From NCBI RefSeq assembly GCF_027921745.1, contig NC_079239.1, forward strand, positions 2,232,001 to 2,296,000: DNA of 64,000 nucleotides. Direction: 5' to 3'. The notes under the pieces were generated by a model. It saw nothing but the letters and a program-made list of their open reading frames with translations. It did no database searches and was not told the DNA's origin. Shown piece by piece: positions 14,373 to 26,572 of this stretch; the first letter of the stretch is position 1, and each line of letters opens with the position of its first letter. A program made the position numbers and the translations under genes. This DNA comes from Schizosaccharomyces osmophilus (taxonomy: Eukaryota).

Positions 14373-14804
14373 AATATTTAGTCAATCAATTAATATTAGG
14401 TGTTTGTGTTTGAAGTTTTCTGCTGTCATAAATATGTATCTGTGTATAGTGTAAAAAAAGCTCTTGTGTTTCTTGTAATACAGGATCGGGGTTTTCTTCC
14501 GTTTTTTTCTTTAAAATATCTTAGAAATGGAATCACGCGCGCTTTTCTTTAAGGACTATATGTTAAGACGGCGTTTCCAAGATTTTGTCAATATGGTAAA
14601 TGAATTTATATGATTACTACTGGCTCGCTACTAATGAAATTAAATAGGCAGCTCAAAAAGGAGATTCTTGTTATTAGATATCGAAAATGGAACCTTGAAT
14701 TAAGTGTCACTAAAAGCAGTTCAAAAATTGAGAATGGTATCAAAAAGCTAAAACGGAGTTAAAGTAGGATAGCTGCGCTGACCAGAGAGAGAGTTCATGA
14801 AAGT

Positions 14805-15012
14805 TTAAGCAATGACACTAAACAAAAGCATGTTAGTGTACAGTCTATCCGACGCTTCCATAATCTCAAAGGAGGATTCTACATACCACATCCCAGAAGG
14901 TTTGGGTTAGTACCGAGAAACAGCGCTGCTAGTGACAATAGGCTTGGAAGGAGCAATTGTTTATAAGGGAAGAAGAAGAAGAAGAGGCTGAGGTGTTGTT
15001 CATAGCGTCCAT
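14805..15012 (-). pseudogene. mfm1: M-factor mating pheromone precursor pseudogene (intron 14886-14818)
   Basis: MDAMNNTSASSSSS start and spliced ...MC|VIA* CAAX end; exon 1 is 126 nt (one base out of frame) and the mature peptide reads Y*PKPSGMC. Confidence 0.85.
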
Positions 15013-15636
15013 GTTGAAGAATAGGGAAGGAGCATAGCAGGAAGCAATGAAATGAATATTAGCCAAATTGAATTTCGGAGGGATGCTTCTAAAAGTCTGT
15101 ATCTGTATCTTTTTCTTGGAATGCTGATCTATTCGAACCCTGACTTTATTCATCTTTCTTCCTATTCTTCTTGAGTAGTAGGAATCTTGTTTCACTTGCT
15201 TGGTGCGTGCATAATCAAGAACCTCAAGCGATGAAGGAACGCCAAGAGTAGAAAAGGTGTTTTGCATCATAAAATAGAAGACGATAATTACTTTTTCAGG
15301 AACTCTTTTGCATTCTCCTACTGAATACTTTAGCTTATTTCCTATTTGTTTACTAACGATAGCGAGAGCGGAAGACAAGTCCGTCATTGGGGGACTTTGG
15401 ATGAACCTTGGATTCTGACATTTGCCAAGCATAATTCTTTCTGAAAAAGTGAAGACAACATCTTGTAATTCTGAGTGTCTTCTATCAGAAAGCATATTAA
15501 TTTGCCGTAATTCGCGGATTTTGGTTTTCTATGTCCCAATGAGGACCCATTGTTTACATTCGTTAAAGATAAATTGCAGTTGAAATCAACCCAACCGGAT
15601 TTAGAACTGTAGACAAATTTGAAAATTTGAACAATC

Positions 15637-17164
15637 ATGTCTGTTGTGGGAAAGTCATTACAAGAAAAGGTGAACTTATTGGCCCAATATCCCCAGACCG
15701 GTCTTTCTCTAAAGCAGCTTGTTTACTTTGGTATGTTTTATTGCATTGAACACAAGCTGGCCTTCACAAAAACTGCTTATAGTTATGGATGCTGCTTGCG
15801 TTTTCAGGTGTACTTGATGTGGAAAAAGTTGTTGCGTTTTTTTACTAACATAAACGGGGGGCTAAGTTCCTCCGTATAGGTCAGGATCAAAAACCTGGAA
15901 GACTTTTTCGCTCTGGCTTATTTTTGCGAGATGAGCTTCCAATTCGGCTTGCTCATCGCATACAGGATCTACAAAAACTGCCGCCATTACTCGGTGAAAT
16001 GAAACGAATTTCAGCAGTTAGAGCTGCTTATGCAAGATCTATGGAGGTATGCCATCGCGGTCCATTTCCATTTTGCTAATTGTCGCAGGAAATCATTGAT
16101 TTAAAGGGAATTGAATTACCAAAGTGTCTTCCTAAACACAAACGGTATCCAAAAGCCCCTAAATGGAGGGCCAGTTTTTTTCACAATTTTGTACAGCATA
16201 ATCCTTCTCTTTTGGACACTCATTTAGATTCGTCGAGAGGAAGGTATTTCAACATTGATTTTTCCAAACCGTGTACAGGCGAGGAATACGAATGGCCTGA
16301 GTCATTGCACAAATTCAACATTGATTTTAGTCGTTTGCTAGATACCATTCGAACACGCCATGACAATGTCGCCTCCGAACTTGCCCTAGACATTCAAGAA
16401 TATCGGCGCAAAACAAAGAAAATTGACCATAGCATTCAAGTATTTTTAGATCGTTTCTACATGTCCCGAATTGGCATTCGAATGCTCATAGGTCAATACA
16501 TCTCGCTGGTCTCTGAACCTCCAAGAGAAAACCGCGTGGGCATCATTAGTACTCGCGCTAATATTCTTCGGATTATTGAAGATGCCACAGAAAGTGCAAA
16601 GTTTATTTGTCGGCTCTCCTATTGTTTGTTTGAAGCACCACCCGTAGAAATCAACTGTGATCCTTCCCTCCATATGATGTACACAGAGTCTCATTTGAAT
16701 CATGCCGTTTTTGAGCTTTTAAAAAATAGCCTGCGTGCAACTGTCGAATACTATGGTGTCGATGCAGATTCGTATCCCCCAGTCAAAGTATTGGTTGTCA
16801 AAGGCGAAGAAGACATTACTATTCGCATTTCCGATCGGGGAGGCGGTTTTTCTAGGAAAGAGTCTTCAGTGGTTTGGTCTTACATGTATACAACAGCTCA
16901 TGAAACGCTAAGCGATGACTACACGGATACGATGACTGCTGCTTCTTCCCTTCCACCTATGGCTGTATGTTCACTGATGCTACTTGCTTGCAAATGACTT
17001 TACTAACCATTTTTCTATAGGGCTTTGGGTTTGGCCTACCTATCGCTCGTCTATATACTCGTTATTTTGGAGGCGACTTGAAGCTTGTGTCTATGGAAGG
17101 ATATGGCACCGATGCTTATATTCAGCTAAATCGACTTTGTGAAAGTGCAGAGCCATTACAGTAG
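15637..17164 (+). CDS. pkp1: Mitochondrial pyruvate dehydrogenase kinase, 4 exons (15637-15730, 15880-16046, 16089-16964, 17021-17164)
   Basis: [36 protein letters not shown] and MAGFGFGLP motifs. Confidence 0.93.
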
Positions 17165-17433
17165 TACGAAAATCATTGTTAACGACCCTCTTTGCAACCA
17201 TCATTTTAATCTTTTCTATGAAACGACCTATAAGCTGTCATGACTATTTTGCATTTTTGGTTTCTTCGTTCGAGTATAAATTATTTCTATATTTTATCCA
17301 AACTGAAAATATAAAAAAGGCTTATCATTAATTCTTATATTATAGGAAAAAAGTACCTTCTTACCGTGTAATTCAATATTTGATCAAGGATTTCCTTTAC
17401 CAATTTATAAACTCGTATTTCATCAATGTATGC

Positions 17434-17772
17434 TCATAACAGTCGATTTGCTTCGTCAAAAACCATTCCAGTAAGAGGTTCTGTCACATAATGCTTTCTC
17501 GGCTGAAGAGATACCAATGGAACCTCTGCTTTTTCAAGATCTAGTACTTGCTTTCTAAGGCCCGTAGACACATATTCCAATGTTTGATAGAAAGACTTTG
17601 CACTTTTATTGAATTCTTCAATGGATTCTTTTGTTTCGATTGCATCAATGCAATTACTGGCGTAAGAAAGAATATCCGGAATTTTCGACTCAATTTCTAA
17701 AATTTGATCAATTTTTTGGCTCTCATCAATTAGAGAATCTTCGCTGAACTGATCTTCTTCCATACTCGACAT
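17434..17772 (-). CDS. med11: Mediator subunit Med11
   Basis: 112-aa helical ORF resembling Med11; position between pkp1 and the PLP-binding gene. Confidence 0.75.
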   Translation of the reverse strand: MSSMEEDQFSEDSLIDESQKIDQILEIESKIPDILSYASNCIDAIETKESIEEFNKSAKSFYQTLEYVSTGLRKQVLDLEKAEVPLVSLQPRKHYVTEPLTGMVFDEANRLL

Positions 17773-18149
17773 TGTGGATGTTCTTGGGTTATTGGGAGGT
17801 TTCCAAACGTTCAAACCGTAAATTCAGTTTATAATTAGAATATGTTATAGCTGTATAAATTCATTGAATAGAAATACTAAGTTGGATAGATCAAAAGAAA
17901 AGAATGAATATGTTGATAGAAAATGCTGTGATATTACAAACTTGCATGCAGTCCGAAAAATCTTTAGATAAAGTTTGAATACCATGAGAAGAGTTAAATA
18001 AGTATATCATATTTAAATTCACATGACTGTATCATTATTTTAAAAGGAGCAAGGAATCCATTATGCAAGTTAAACAAATTCATAGCAAACAAAGTGGCGG
18101 TGCGTTTCCAAAAAGCCAAAAATATTTTCTTTGATATAAAGGACAAAAT

Positions 18150-19420
18150 TTAGTTGGAAGATACAACGGATTCAGGCTTCTCTTCGGGTCTGCTGCCAAA
18201 GATTGAGCTTCCTACACGCACAGAATCACTGCCGTATTTAATGGCCAACGGAAAGTCCGAACTCATGCCCATCGAGAGTTCGAGAGCAGAGTTGAGTTCC
18301 TTTTGAAGTTTGAGACGAAGGTCCGACAACAGCTGAAAGTCTGGATTTTGATCCTGTAGGTGTGAATGAGAAATCGATCCAATTGTCATCAAACCTTGAA
18401 GCCGAAGATATTCTAAACTTTGAACAATTTTACATAATTCTAAAGCTTCTGAAGGCATCACTCCAGCTTTGTTCGGTTCCCCGCTAGTATTTATTTGAAC
18501 ATAGACCCGTAAAGGTGTTTGAATGGCTTCACGGGCTTGGTTAACTAAGCGAGCCTTCTTCTCATTATCAATCGTTTCAATTGCATAAAGGTTTTTTACA
18601 GAGGCAATTTTCTTGCATTTTTGGCTTTGCATATTGCCGATGAAATGCCATTGTACATCTTTTGGCATCTAGCAAACGAATGTTAATCACGGATTCAGAG
18701 TGAGTAGAGCCTTTTATAATTTAGATGCCTTTCATTAACTTACCAAATCGGCCTTGGCTAAGAACTCTTGCATATAATTTTCGCCAAAATGCCGCTGCCC
18801 TGCTTCATAAGCTTCCATCAATTGTTCTACTGGATGAAACTTGCTAACAGCTACGAGATTAATCTGTCATTTAGTTAGTTTCTTCAAAAAAAAACAAGAG
18901 CACAATTGAGCAACCAATTCTCCTAGGTGAGTTGCCTTGATCATTCAATGCTTTGAATGATATGAATGAGAGCAGGGAAGCAAAAATGAAATAGGAAAGT
19001 CGCACAAAAGAAATAGCAAATTTCATGAATTAACGTGAGTTCCAATAAAGTAAGTCTTCTGGTTCTGTAGAGTATCAAATCGTTCATAAAGCATGAATGG
19101 AAGATCAGAGGTACATAAGAATATACGAAATGATATTTTTACTCCCGGATCCATCCAGTTTCTAAATGATATTTTCTCTACTTTCTTAGTCTTTAAGAAA
19201 TCTTAGAACCACGACCCTCTACAAACGGTTTTCATGTATCCGAACGACACAACAATTCCTGCTTCACGCATCCGACATGGCACTCCCAATTGTATAATAC
19301 TTTTCAGGAAGAGAAAAGAATTGAAAGCAATTCGCATATGCATACACTTACATTTCTTCCGTTTGCACACTGTTGAACTTGCGAACGGACCGATTCCAAA
19401 CAAGAACGGATAACAGACAT
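18150..19420 (-). CDS. PLP homeostasis protein (YggS/PLPBP), 3 exons (19420-19352, 18863-18744, 18668-18150)
   Basis: [29 protein letters not shown] and VRVGSSIFG motifs. Confidence 0.92.
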
Positions 19421-20053
19421 TTTTTGAGCTGTGAGAATGAAAAAAAGCAATGTAATATATTTTTATAAATAAAATCGTTCTGATGAACAACAGACTTTCA
19501 ATGCGAACCCTTTCAGGAGAAACGTAGAGCGTGAAAGCTGGAGGTGAGTATATCATAGTAAATATATACTACAATTTGTTTCTTGTCAAGAAAACAGTAG
19601 GAGGAATGAAATGATTCTACGAGTATACAATTTCTGCTTTATATCTGGACTACTATTACGCATTCAGAACGGTTTGATGGTGATTTCAGTCGACACTTTT
19701 GAGAAGGGCTTTTTGGAGCTGACATTGTAGAAGGAAAGGCTTTGTGAGAATGCATTCATAGTAGTTGGTACTCAAATTTTTATTTTTCTCATTATTCTGT
19801 ATTCATTTCACTAGGAAATCATCAAGAAACAAATATGTAGCTATATGCATGACAAGCTTTCAAAAAGGAAACACTCTAGCGAGTATTTTGATTGAAAAGC
19901 ATTTACGCTTCTTTTGAATTCAAAAGTGAATCCAATCTTTTATCGTTTGTTCTCAAATTTCGGGTCAGTATGTTTGGTACATTCTTTATGAGACATTTCA
20001 GTATTGTGCTTATTTCATAACTAGACAAGGAACCTTCCTAGCAGGCCCAAAAA

Positions 20054-20819
20054 TCATTCAGTAAATAAACAGTCAAATGAATGATAAACGGGGATCCCAT
20101 CAGTTTCCGAAGCAGTTTCATTTCCCGGTCGAACAACCAAGCCGACGTGAAGCCCAATTTCTTGGGCAGCCTGTAACTCTACATAGATTAGCTTCTCAAA
20201 TGCAAAAGAAGATGATGAAGACGTAAATAGCATACCTTTAATATTGTCACTCAAAAACAACCATTCGCGAGCATCCGAGTCTCCAATGATCTTTTTATAA
20301 CTAGCGCTTTCCGTCTTTATTCCGGTACTCGTATCAAAGAAACCAGAAAAAAAAGGCAATATATCTCCAAACTCCGTATGGCTGAAATACAATTTTTGTG
20401 CAGGAATACTTCCACTGGAATAGATGTAGACTTTGGCTCCGGACCGCAAGGCACGCTCAATAGAAGGAATGACGTCCGGAAATAAGTGAGAAACAAGCTC
20501 ATTCTTTTTATAACCATCTTTCCAGATCTTGCCTTGCACATGTTTGAAATGACGCTCTTTGCTTCCTTCTGCATGCAGCTTCTGGATCTTGCTCAATGAA
20601 GACTCCGGCGAATCGCCTAAAGCTTGCAAATTTTCATCAGTTTTATAATGTTGTTCAATATATTCCTTGTAATGTTTCTCCGCGTAGGTAAACTACATCA
20701 ATCATTCAGTTAGTAAGTTTTGCTTTTCATGCACTTTAAACATCATTTACCAAGTCATTTTTAACGAAAGAAATACTTCCGACTGTTCCTTCAATGTCCA
20801 GCAACAAGTTTTTCGCCAT
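20054..20819 (-). CDS. utr4: Enolase-phosphatase E1 (methionine salvage, HAD family), 3 exons (20819-20751, 20692-20236, 20178-20054)
   Basis: LLDIEGT, YIYSSGS and FLSDN motifs after splicing. Confidence 0.9.
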
Positions 20820-21187
20820 TTGAAGAAAATGTTAAATATGGGTAAAATGGAGTAACTGAACTATGACACTTCTAACCCCATCTGGTCTCGAATCCATTGT
20901 AGTCTATGAACACTTATCAATTGCATAGAAATTTATAGACAACATTAACCAGTAATATAAATTTTTTAATAAAGCTTCATTTGGCAGGTATCTAAAATTC
21001 TTCCCAAGAATGGAGAATATAGCTTTGTAGTTGCTCATTATCAATACAAACATAAATCTAATTTTACATAAAGTTACTAACTCTCTAGAGGGAGGGCTTT
21101 TTAGACTAACTGGTCGACTGGGTTGAGAGTATTCAGTAACAGGGGATGGTCGCAAACATTCGATTGTAAACAAGCATATTTTCAAAC

Positions 21188-22552
21188 TTAGACGGAGAGA
21201 GGTTTTTTCTGAGAGTTGAATGCAAAGGGCGTACTCTTTGGAAGCTGAGGAAGCTCTTTTGCAAGTTCCAGTGCCGCCTCTGGCGATGTTTTGTTCATAA
21301 CAAATAGACCTTGCAGGGAAGCCATACTCGTGTTCTTTCCACATACAACTTCACTTATTTCTGACGACAGCTTGGGATCATCTTTTCCATAGAATCTACG
21401 AAACATATCGTGCACCTGCTGAGGGGTGGCATTGCCCAAATATGCTTTGATATCGACACGGCCAGGACGTATCAAAGCGGGATCAAGTATGTCTGGATGA
21501 TTTGTTGTCATAAATATAATTCGTTCGTCTGCAGACGTTACGCCGTCAACTGCGTTCAAAAGACCACTAAACGTGACGTTGGCACGAAATCCAACTTCGC
21601 CGGAACGATCTCTTCCTTGGAAAGCAGAATCAACATCCTCTAGGAGAACAACTGATTTCGGAGGAACATTGGAGAGTAAGTGATTGAGTCTGTCATCACT
21701 CAAGCCTCGTTCAGCAAGATTCAAAACACATATATCATAATCCAGTTCACCGGCCAAAGCGTACAGAAAAGAAGTTTTTCCACTTCCCGGCGGGCCGTAT
21801 AGGAGGTATCCACGGCGGTAGGGTATACCTCGGTCAGCATACCATTGATAGTTACCCAAAAAGTCACGGACATCTTCAGTAATCAGATCTTTTACATCCT
21901 TTTCCAAAACAACGCTGGATAAAAGACGCTTGGATCTTGGTGATCCGAATGGCTTCCAGTCAGTAGCCCATGCTGTGTATATTGTGGTTTTGTTTTTTTG
22001 AGCAGTATGCATAAATTTTTGAGCTTCCAGAAGCATGTCAGAGAAAATTTCTCGATCTCTGGATAATGTAGTAAGCGTGATGGTTTCCCATGGAGTGCCG
22101 GTCGTCAGATCTTGTAGCCGGCTGCTTCGCTGGCGCTCGACTTGAATCCAGCACTTTTTGTATTTAATAATGTGCTTTCCTGGTCCGGGAACGAGTTGGA
22201 AGAGACTGCTGGGGGTGGGTTGCTTGGATGAACGAGTGGGAGGATGGAAAATACTTTTGGCGCTTCCTCTTGCTTCAACGGCAAGCTGGTTTGAGTAGCG
22301 CTTTGGGACCGTTCCCATCCAATGAAGGAACGCATTGTAGCTTTTTTCTTTACTTGGGATTTCCAGAGAGACCAACATTCTTCGTTTTATGAGACCTGCC
22401 CCAGACATGACTCCACGCCGTAAGATTGCCAAACCCGCTCCAAAGCCCATCAAACCTATTCCTGCACTAAAGAAAGAATTTCCGGATAAGATGCTTTGGA
22501 GACCATTGGCCGTGTCCGGGTGATTGGTGGCAGAAGATGCCAGCTGGTTCAT
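21188..22552 (-). CDS. bcs1: Mitochondrial AAA chaperone Bcs1
   Basis: GIPYRRGYLLYGPPGSGKTS, LLEDVD and RPGRVD motifs; N-terminal TM segment. Confidence 0.96.
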   Translation of the reverse strand: MNQLASSATNHPDTANGLQSILSGNSFFSAGIGLMGFGAGLAILRRGVMSGAGLIKRRMLVSLEIPSKEKSYNAFLHWMGTVPKRYSNQLAVEARGSAKSIFHPPTRSSKQPTPSSLFQLVPGPGKHIIKYKKCWIQVERQRSSRLQDLTTGTPWETITLTTLSRDREIFSDMLLEAQKFMHTAQKNKTTIYTAWATDWKPFGSPRSKRLLSSVVLEKDVKDLITEDVRDFLGNYQWYADRGIPYRRGYLLYGPPGSGKTSFLYALAGELDYDICVLNLAERGLSDDRLNHLLSNVPPKSVVLLEDVDSAFQGRDRSGEVGFRANVTFSGLLNAVDGVTSADERIIFMTTNHPDILDPALIRPGRVDIKAYLGNATPQQVHDMFRRFYGKDDPKLSSEISEVVCGKNTSMASLQGLFVMNKTSPEAALELAKELPQLPKSTPFAFNSQKKPLSV

Positions 22553-23023
22553 AATCTTGTTTTGCGAGTGGATGTGAATCGATTTCCGTCAAATGTTAAG
22601 AAAAAAGGAAAAAACTTGCTTCTCAGTTCAAAAATACCAACAAAACTGGAAACGTAAAACGAGGACCTAAAAATGAAATGAAAAGGAAGTTTGTAAGAGA
22701 GGAGGACAATCTCGCAAAGGACTATTCTAGTTTCAGTAAGAGAAGAGAAAAAAGATCCAAAAAAAAAGTGAATAGAGGTAAAAGAATAACCAAACTAAGG
22801 AAAAACATTCCTGTTCGTCGTGAGGACGAAATTTCCCTTCTTCTGTAGAAAACCTTTGGGAACCAGTATCCCGTCGTTCAGTTCATTTACGCAATTTTTT
22901 CATACTTTTCCTTTCCTTTTATTGTTATTCCATACAAAAAGAGAAGAGATTATCCAAATTTAAACATTTGAACTCTTACAAAACCTTTACTATTATTTAT
23001 AGGGAAGAAGGTGAATGAACGAG

Positions 23024-23105
23024 TCCCGGGTAGCTCAATCGGTTAGAGCGTCTGACTCTTACGAAGGTCATCAGAAGGTTGCGAGTTCGATTCTCGCCTT
23101 GGGAG
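23024..23105 (+). tRNA. tRNA-Lys(CUU) with an 8-nt intron (23062-23069)
   Basis: TCCC/GGGA acceptor stem, TAGCTCAATCGG A box, TCTGA-CTCTTA...TCAGA anticodon arm, GTTCGA B box, downstream T-tract. Confidence 0.95.
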
Positions 23106-24066
23106 TTCTTTTTATTCCCCATTTCGCGAAGAATTCGCCTTCATTGAGGGTTGTTTTTCTTTTTAGTAAAAAATTACAAAAAAAAGAAAGGTAAAACAAT
23201 TGTCATGTTTGCGCATTTCATGTTACTCATCCACCCTCAAGCTTCAAGAAACGTTTCCTTCATAATAAAACAAAAAGTTATTCCTCTATGAATATTCATT
23301 CTGTATTTAGAAATCATTCCATAAAAAATTTTTTACGCAAGAGAAACGATTCTCTGCTTTTATTTAATTTTATTTAATTTAATTTATTTTTTGTTTTTTA
23401 AAAAAAGTAAACAGACATTTGATTTATTTACTAACGATCTGCTACATACATAGTGTCCTTATGTAGTTTAAGCAACTAGAACGATCGCTAACGCTACAAA
23501 ATCATCCATACATATAATCTCAAACAATCTTATTACGAACAAAAAGTTCCGCAACGACGACGCGAAAAGGCAAATTGCGTGGTAAAGCCATATAAACACA
23601 TATTTTTTTTTGGAATTCAGCCGTAATTGTTCAAGACAAATTGAACTTTTGGTTTGTTCCCGTCCTTGGAACACTTTCTGGTCATATATCAAAAGGAATT
23701 GCAAATTGAACTTGTTTATGAGCCTTTTAGCAGACTTTCGCGAAAAAGTGTTCGGATTTGTTAGGGTGCTTTATTTTTAATTTGCGTTCATTGGTAATCT
23801 TCGGTAAGTAACGCTATACGTAAGGATAGCCGTGTGAGGTTAGGATTATTTTAAGAGCGATGAAAAGGGAATAATACTCTTTAGGAAGATATGGGGACAA
23901 GGAATTGTTATAAGGAGTTGATTGTATTATATAATGAATTCTTGTTCATTATTAATGTGTTTTTGTTTTCCTAAAGAGTGTTCCTTTCTCTTCTCTTGCA
24001 TCGGGTCCTGGAACGAATGTCTATGAAAGACTGTGTCGGCTAACTTGCTATAGACCTTGTTGCAGT

Positions 24067-25398
24067 ATGGGTAGAATCACGGAAATCCTTACGAACCGCT
24101 ACCATGAACTTGTAGATTGGCGAGCAAAAAGCCCTCACATTCCTTTTGTTCAACGTCTGCGCCATTTCACTTGGAGTTGGTTTGCTGTTACAATGGCAAC
24201 TGGTGGTATTGGCCTAGTCATTGGTACGCTTCCCTACAGATTTTATGGACTAAACACCATTGGTAAAATTGTATACATCTTAGATATCTTTCTCTTGGCC
24301 CTGTTTTGTAGCCTCATGATTGCTCGATTCATAATATACCATGATACTTTTATGGGTTCATGGAGACATTTCCAGGAAAAATTCTTCATAGCTACTTGTC
24401 TGTTATCCTTTTCAACATTCATTGACATGTTTGCTGTTTATGCTAAACCGTCCACGGGAGAATGGATGGTATGGGTAATTCGTATTTACTATTACATTTA
24501 TATCGCCGTTACCTTTTTATACGGGATATTTGCTTACTATACCGTGTTTCGGGATCATGTGTTCACCTTGGAAACCGCTGCTCCTTCTTGGATTTTACCA
24601 ATTTTCCCATGTATGATTGGCGGTGTTATCGCAGGCGCTGTTCTTACTACGCAGCCGTCGCCTCAAATGAAAAACATGGTGATTGTCGGTATCATGTTTC
24701 AAGGTCTCGGTTTCTGGGTATACCTCATGACTTTTTCTGTCATGCTGCTTCGTTTGTTCACTGTTGGATTCCCGGCTGCAAGCGAGAGGCCCGCCATGTT
24801 TATCCTTACAGGTCCTCCTGGTTTCACAGGTTTGGCCTTAATTAACTTGGCCCGCGGTGCCGTTGCTACCCGTCCGAATATCTTTAGAAGTCCCCACTCG
24901 TCAGAATATTTTGAGTTTGTTAGTACTTTTTTGGCTATTTTCATCTGGGGCCTCGGTGCTTGGATCTGGTGTCTTTGTTTGGTTACTTTGCTCGCTGGAA
25001 TATTTAGTCATGCTCCTATGAAATTTAGTAATACTTGGTTTGCTTTGATTTTCTCAAACGTCGGTTTCGTTATCTTGACATGCCGAATCGGAGAAGAGAT
25101 TGATTCCAAGGCGTTTACACTATTTGGTCACATTATTTCCGTTGCTTTATGTATCGTATGGCTCATATTAATGTATTTGATGATTCGTGCTTTCCTTGTA
25201 AACGATATCATGTATCCAGGGAAAGACGAAGACGCAAAGAAACCAGCTGAGACCAGAACAATGGCTGTGGAACCGGAAAGGTTTGGAATTCCCAAGGATT
25301 TATCTGAGCATGAGCTGGACCTTGCATCTGCAAATCGTCACGCTACAGAAGATCATCGTGATCAAGAGCCTCCTACTGTTGCTACTACTCGGCAATAA
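24067..25398 (+). CDS. mae1: Malate/C4-dicarboxylate transporter (SLAC1/TDT family)
   Basis: RLRHFTWSWFAVTMATGG motif and about 10 hydrophobic segments. Confidence 0.92.
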   Translation: MGRITEILTNRYHELVDWRAKSPHIPFVQRLRHFTWSWFAVTMATGGIGLVIGTLPYRFYGLNTIGKIVYILDIFLLALFCSLMIARFIIYHDTFMGSWRHFQEKFFIATCLLSFSTFIDMFAVYAKPSTGEWMVWVIRIYYYIYIAVTFLYGIFAYYTVFRDHVFTLETAAPSWILPIFPCMIGGVIAGAVLTTQPSPQMKNMVIVGIMFQGLGFWVYLMTFSVMLLRLFTVGFPAASERPAMFILTGPPGFTGLALINLARGAVATRPNIFRSPHSSEYFEFVSTFLAIFIWGLGAWIWCLCLVTLLAGIFSHAPMKFSNTWFALIFSNVGFVILTCRIGEEIDSKAFTLFGHIISVALCIVWLILMYLMIRAFLVNDIMYPGKDEDAKKPAETRTMAVEPERFGIPKDLSEHELDLASANRHATEDHRDQEPPTVATTRQ

Positions 25399-26014
25399 AC
25401 TTAACCTTCCGCTAAGTTCGTAAAAACAGGTTGTTTAAACCGATTGATTACTATCTTTTTTATTCGTCTTTATCTTGTTAAACGTCCCTTTATTTTGTGG
25501 GCTTATTTTGTTCTTTGTTTTTATGTTAATAAAAAAGAGATGATATGTAATTGAGGGTCTCTCCTAAAACAATAAAATAAACAGTGTTCTATGCCACTTA
25601 TTTAGAGGCTTTTAAAACATAAAACGATTTTTGGGATACTTATAGGTTTTTTAAAAAATGAAACTACTTCACTATAACATTCAGTTTTGTGATATTGAAA
25701 CAACGTTCATTAATAAATCTCGTTTTTTAACTCGGATAATCATACATGTATAAACGATTCGCATCGTTCACCATTTTTTCAGAACCTCAACGTAAATTAC
25801 AAGAAATCACGGATCATAACAAGAAGATGAAAATTCATTAAATACAGGAAAGAAGTATTGAAGCAATTGTGCGCAAATAGTATATATATAATCATGAAAA
25901 TAAAGCAAACGTAAAGAGGAACAGAACGGAAACATTGTAGCATCAACTAATATGAAATCTTTAGGGTTGATAACATGAAAATGAAACCCTCACAGAAGTC
26001 TGATGCTCTTAATC

Positions 26015-26572
26015 CTAATCCTGATCAATTAGCTGGAAGCCAAAATGACTGAAGGAAACTGTAGCCGAAACACAAGTAAGTTGTTCATCGTTAGCATTGT
26101 AAGCCTTGGCAACAACATAATAGCGTCCTGGAGGTATAGCCCACGGCAATGAAATAGTAGCTTCTTTCTTAATGACCCCAGCTTCTACTGGACATTCAAC
26201 ATCTGCTAATTCGTATGCTTGTTCGCAAATATCTAAGCGCTCTCTCACAATAGGGACAAAGCCATATTTGACAACAATTTCAACGTAGCTTCCATTGAGG
26301 ACAGTCGTGCCAACGTCCACTTGGCCCTGAATTGTAAGGTTTTTGCCGGCTTTAGGAGGGTTTGGAAGAAGATTGATGTAATCAATTGTGACATGGTCAC
26401 TTTCACGGTCCCAATCCGAGCAATAACTTGCGGGATTCGCTCCCGGAATTTTGTTGCCCTGAACAGTCAAATCTTCATCGACTGGATTAAATTTAGATGC
26501 CGAAAACCAAGAGCTGGCTGAAATGAAATAGGGGAAACAGGAGAGTAAGCAAATAGCACCAAAGAACTTCAT
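26015..26572 (-). CDS. npc2: ML-domain sterol/PG-PI transfer protein (NPC2)
   Basis: Signal peptide, PNPPKAGKNL, VKYG, conserved Cys pattern, IPPGRY. Confidence 0.9.
   Translation of the reverse strand: MKFFGAICLLSCFPYFISASSWFSASKFNPVDEDLTVQGNKIPGANPASYCSDWDRESDHVTIDYINLLPNPPKAGKNLTIQGQVDVGTTVLNGSYVEIVVKYGFVPIVRERLDICEQAYELADVECPVEAGVIKKEATISLPWAIPPGRYYVVAKAYNANDEQLTCVSATVSFSHFGFQLIDQD

Noticed and set aside
14929..15495. 188-aa minus-strand ORF
   Set aside because: No recognisable domain; only its last 27 codons overlap the frameshifted mfm pseudogene.
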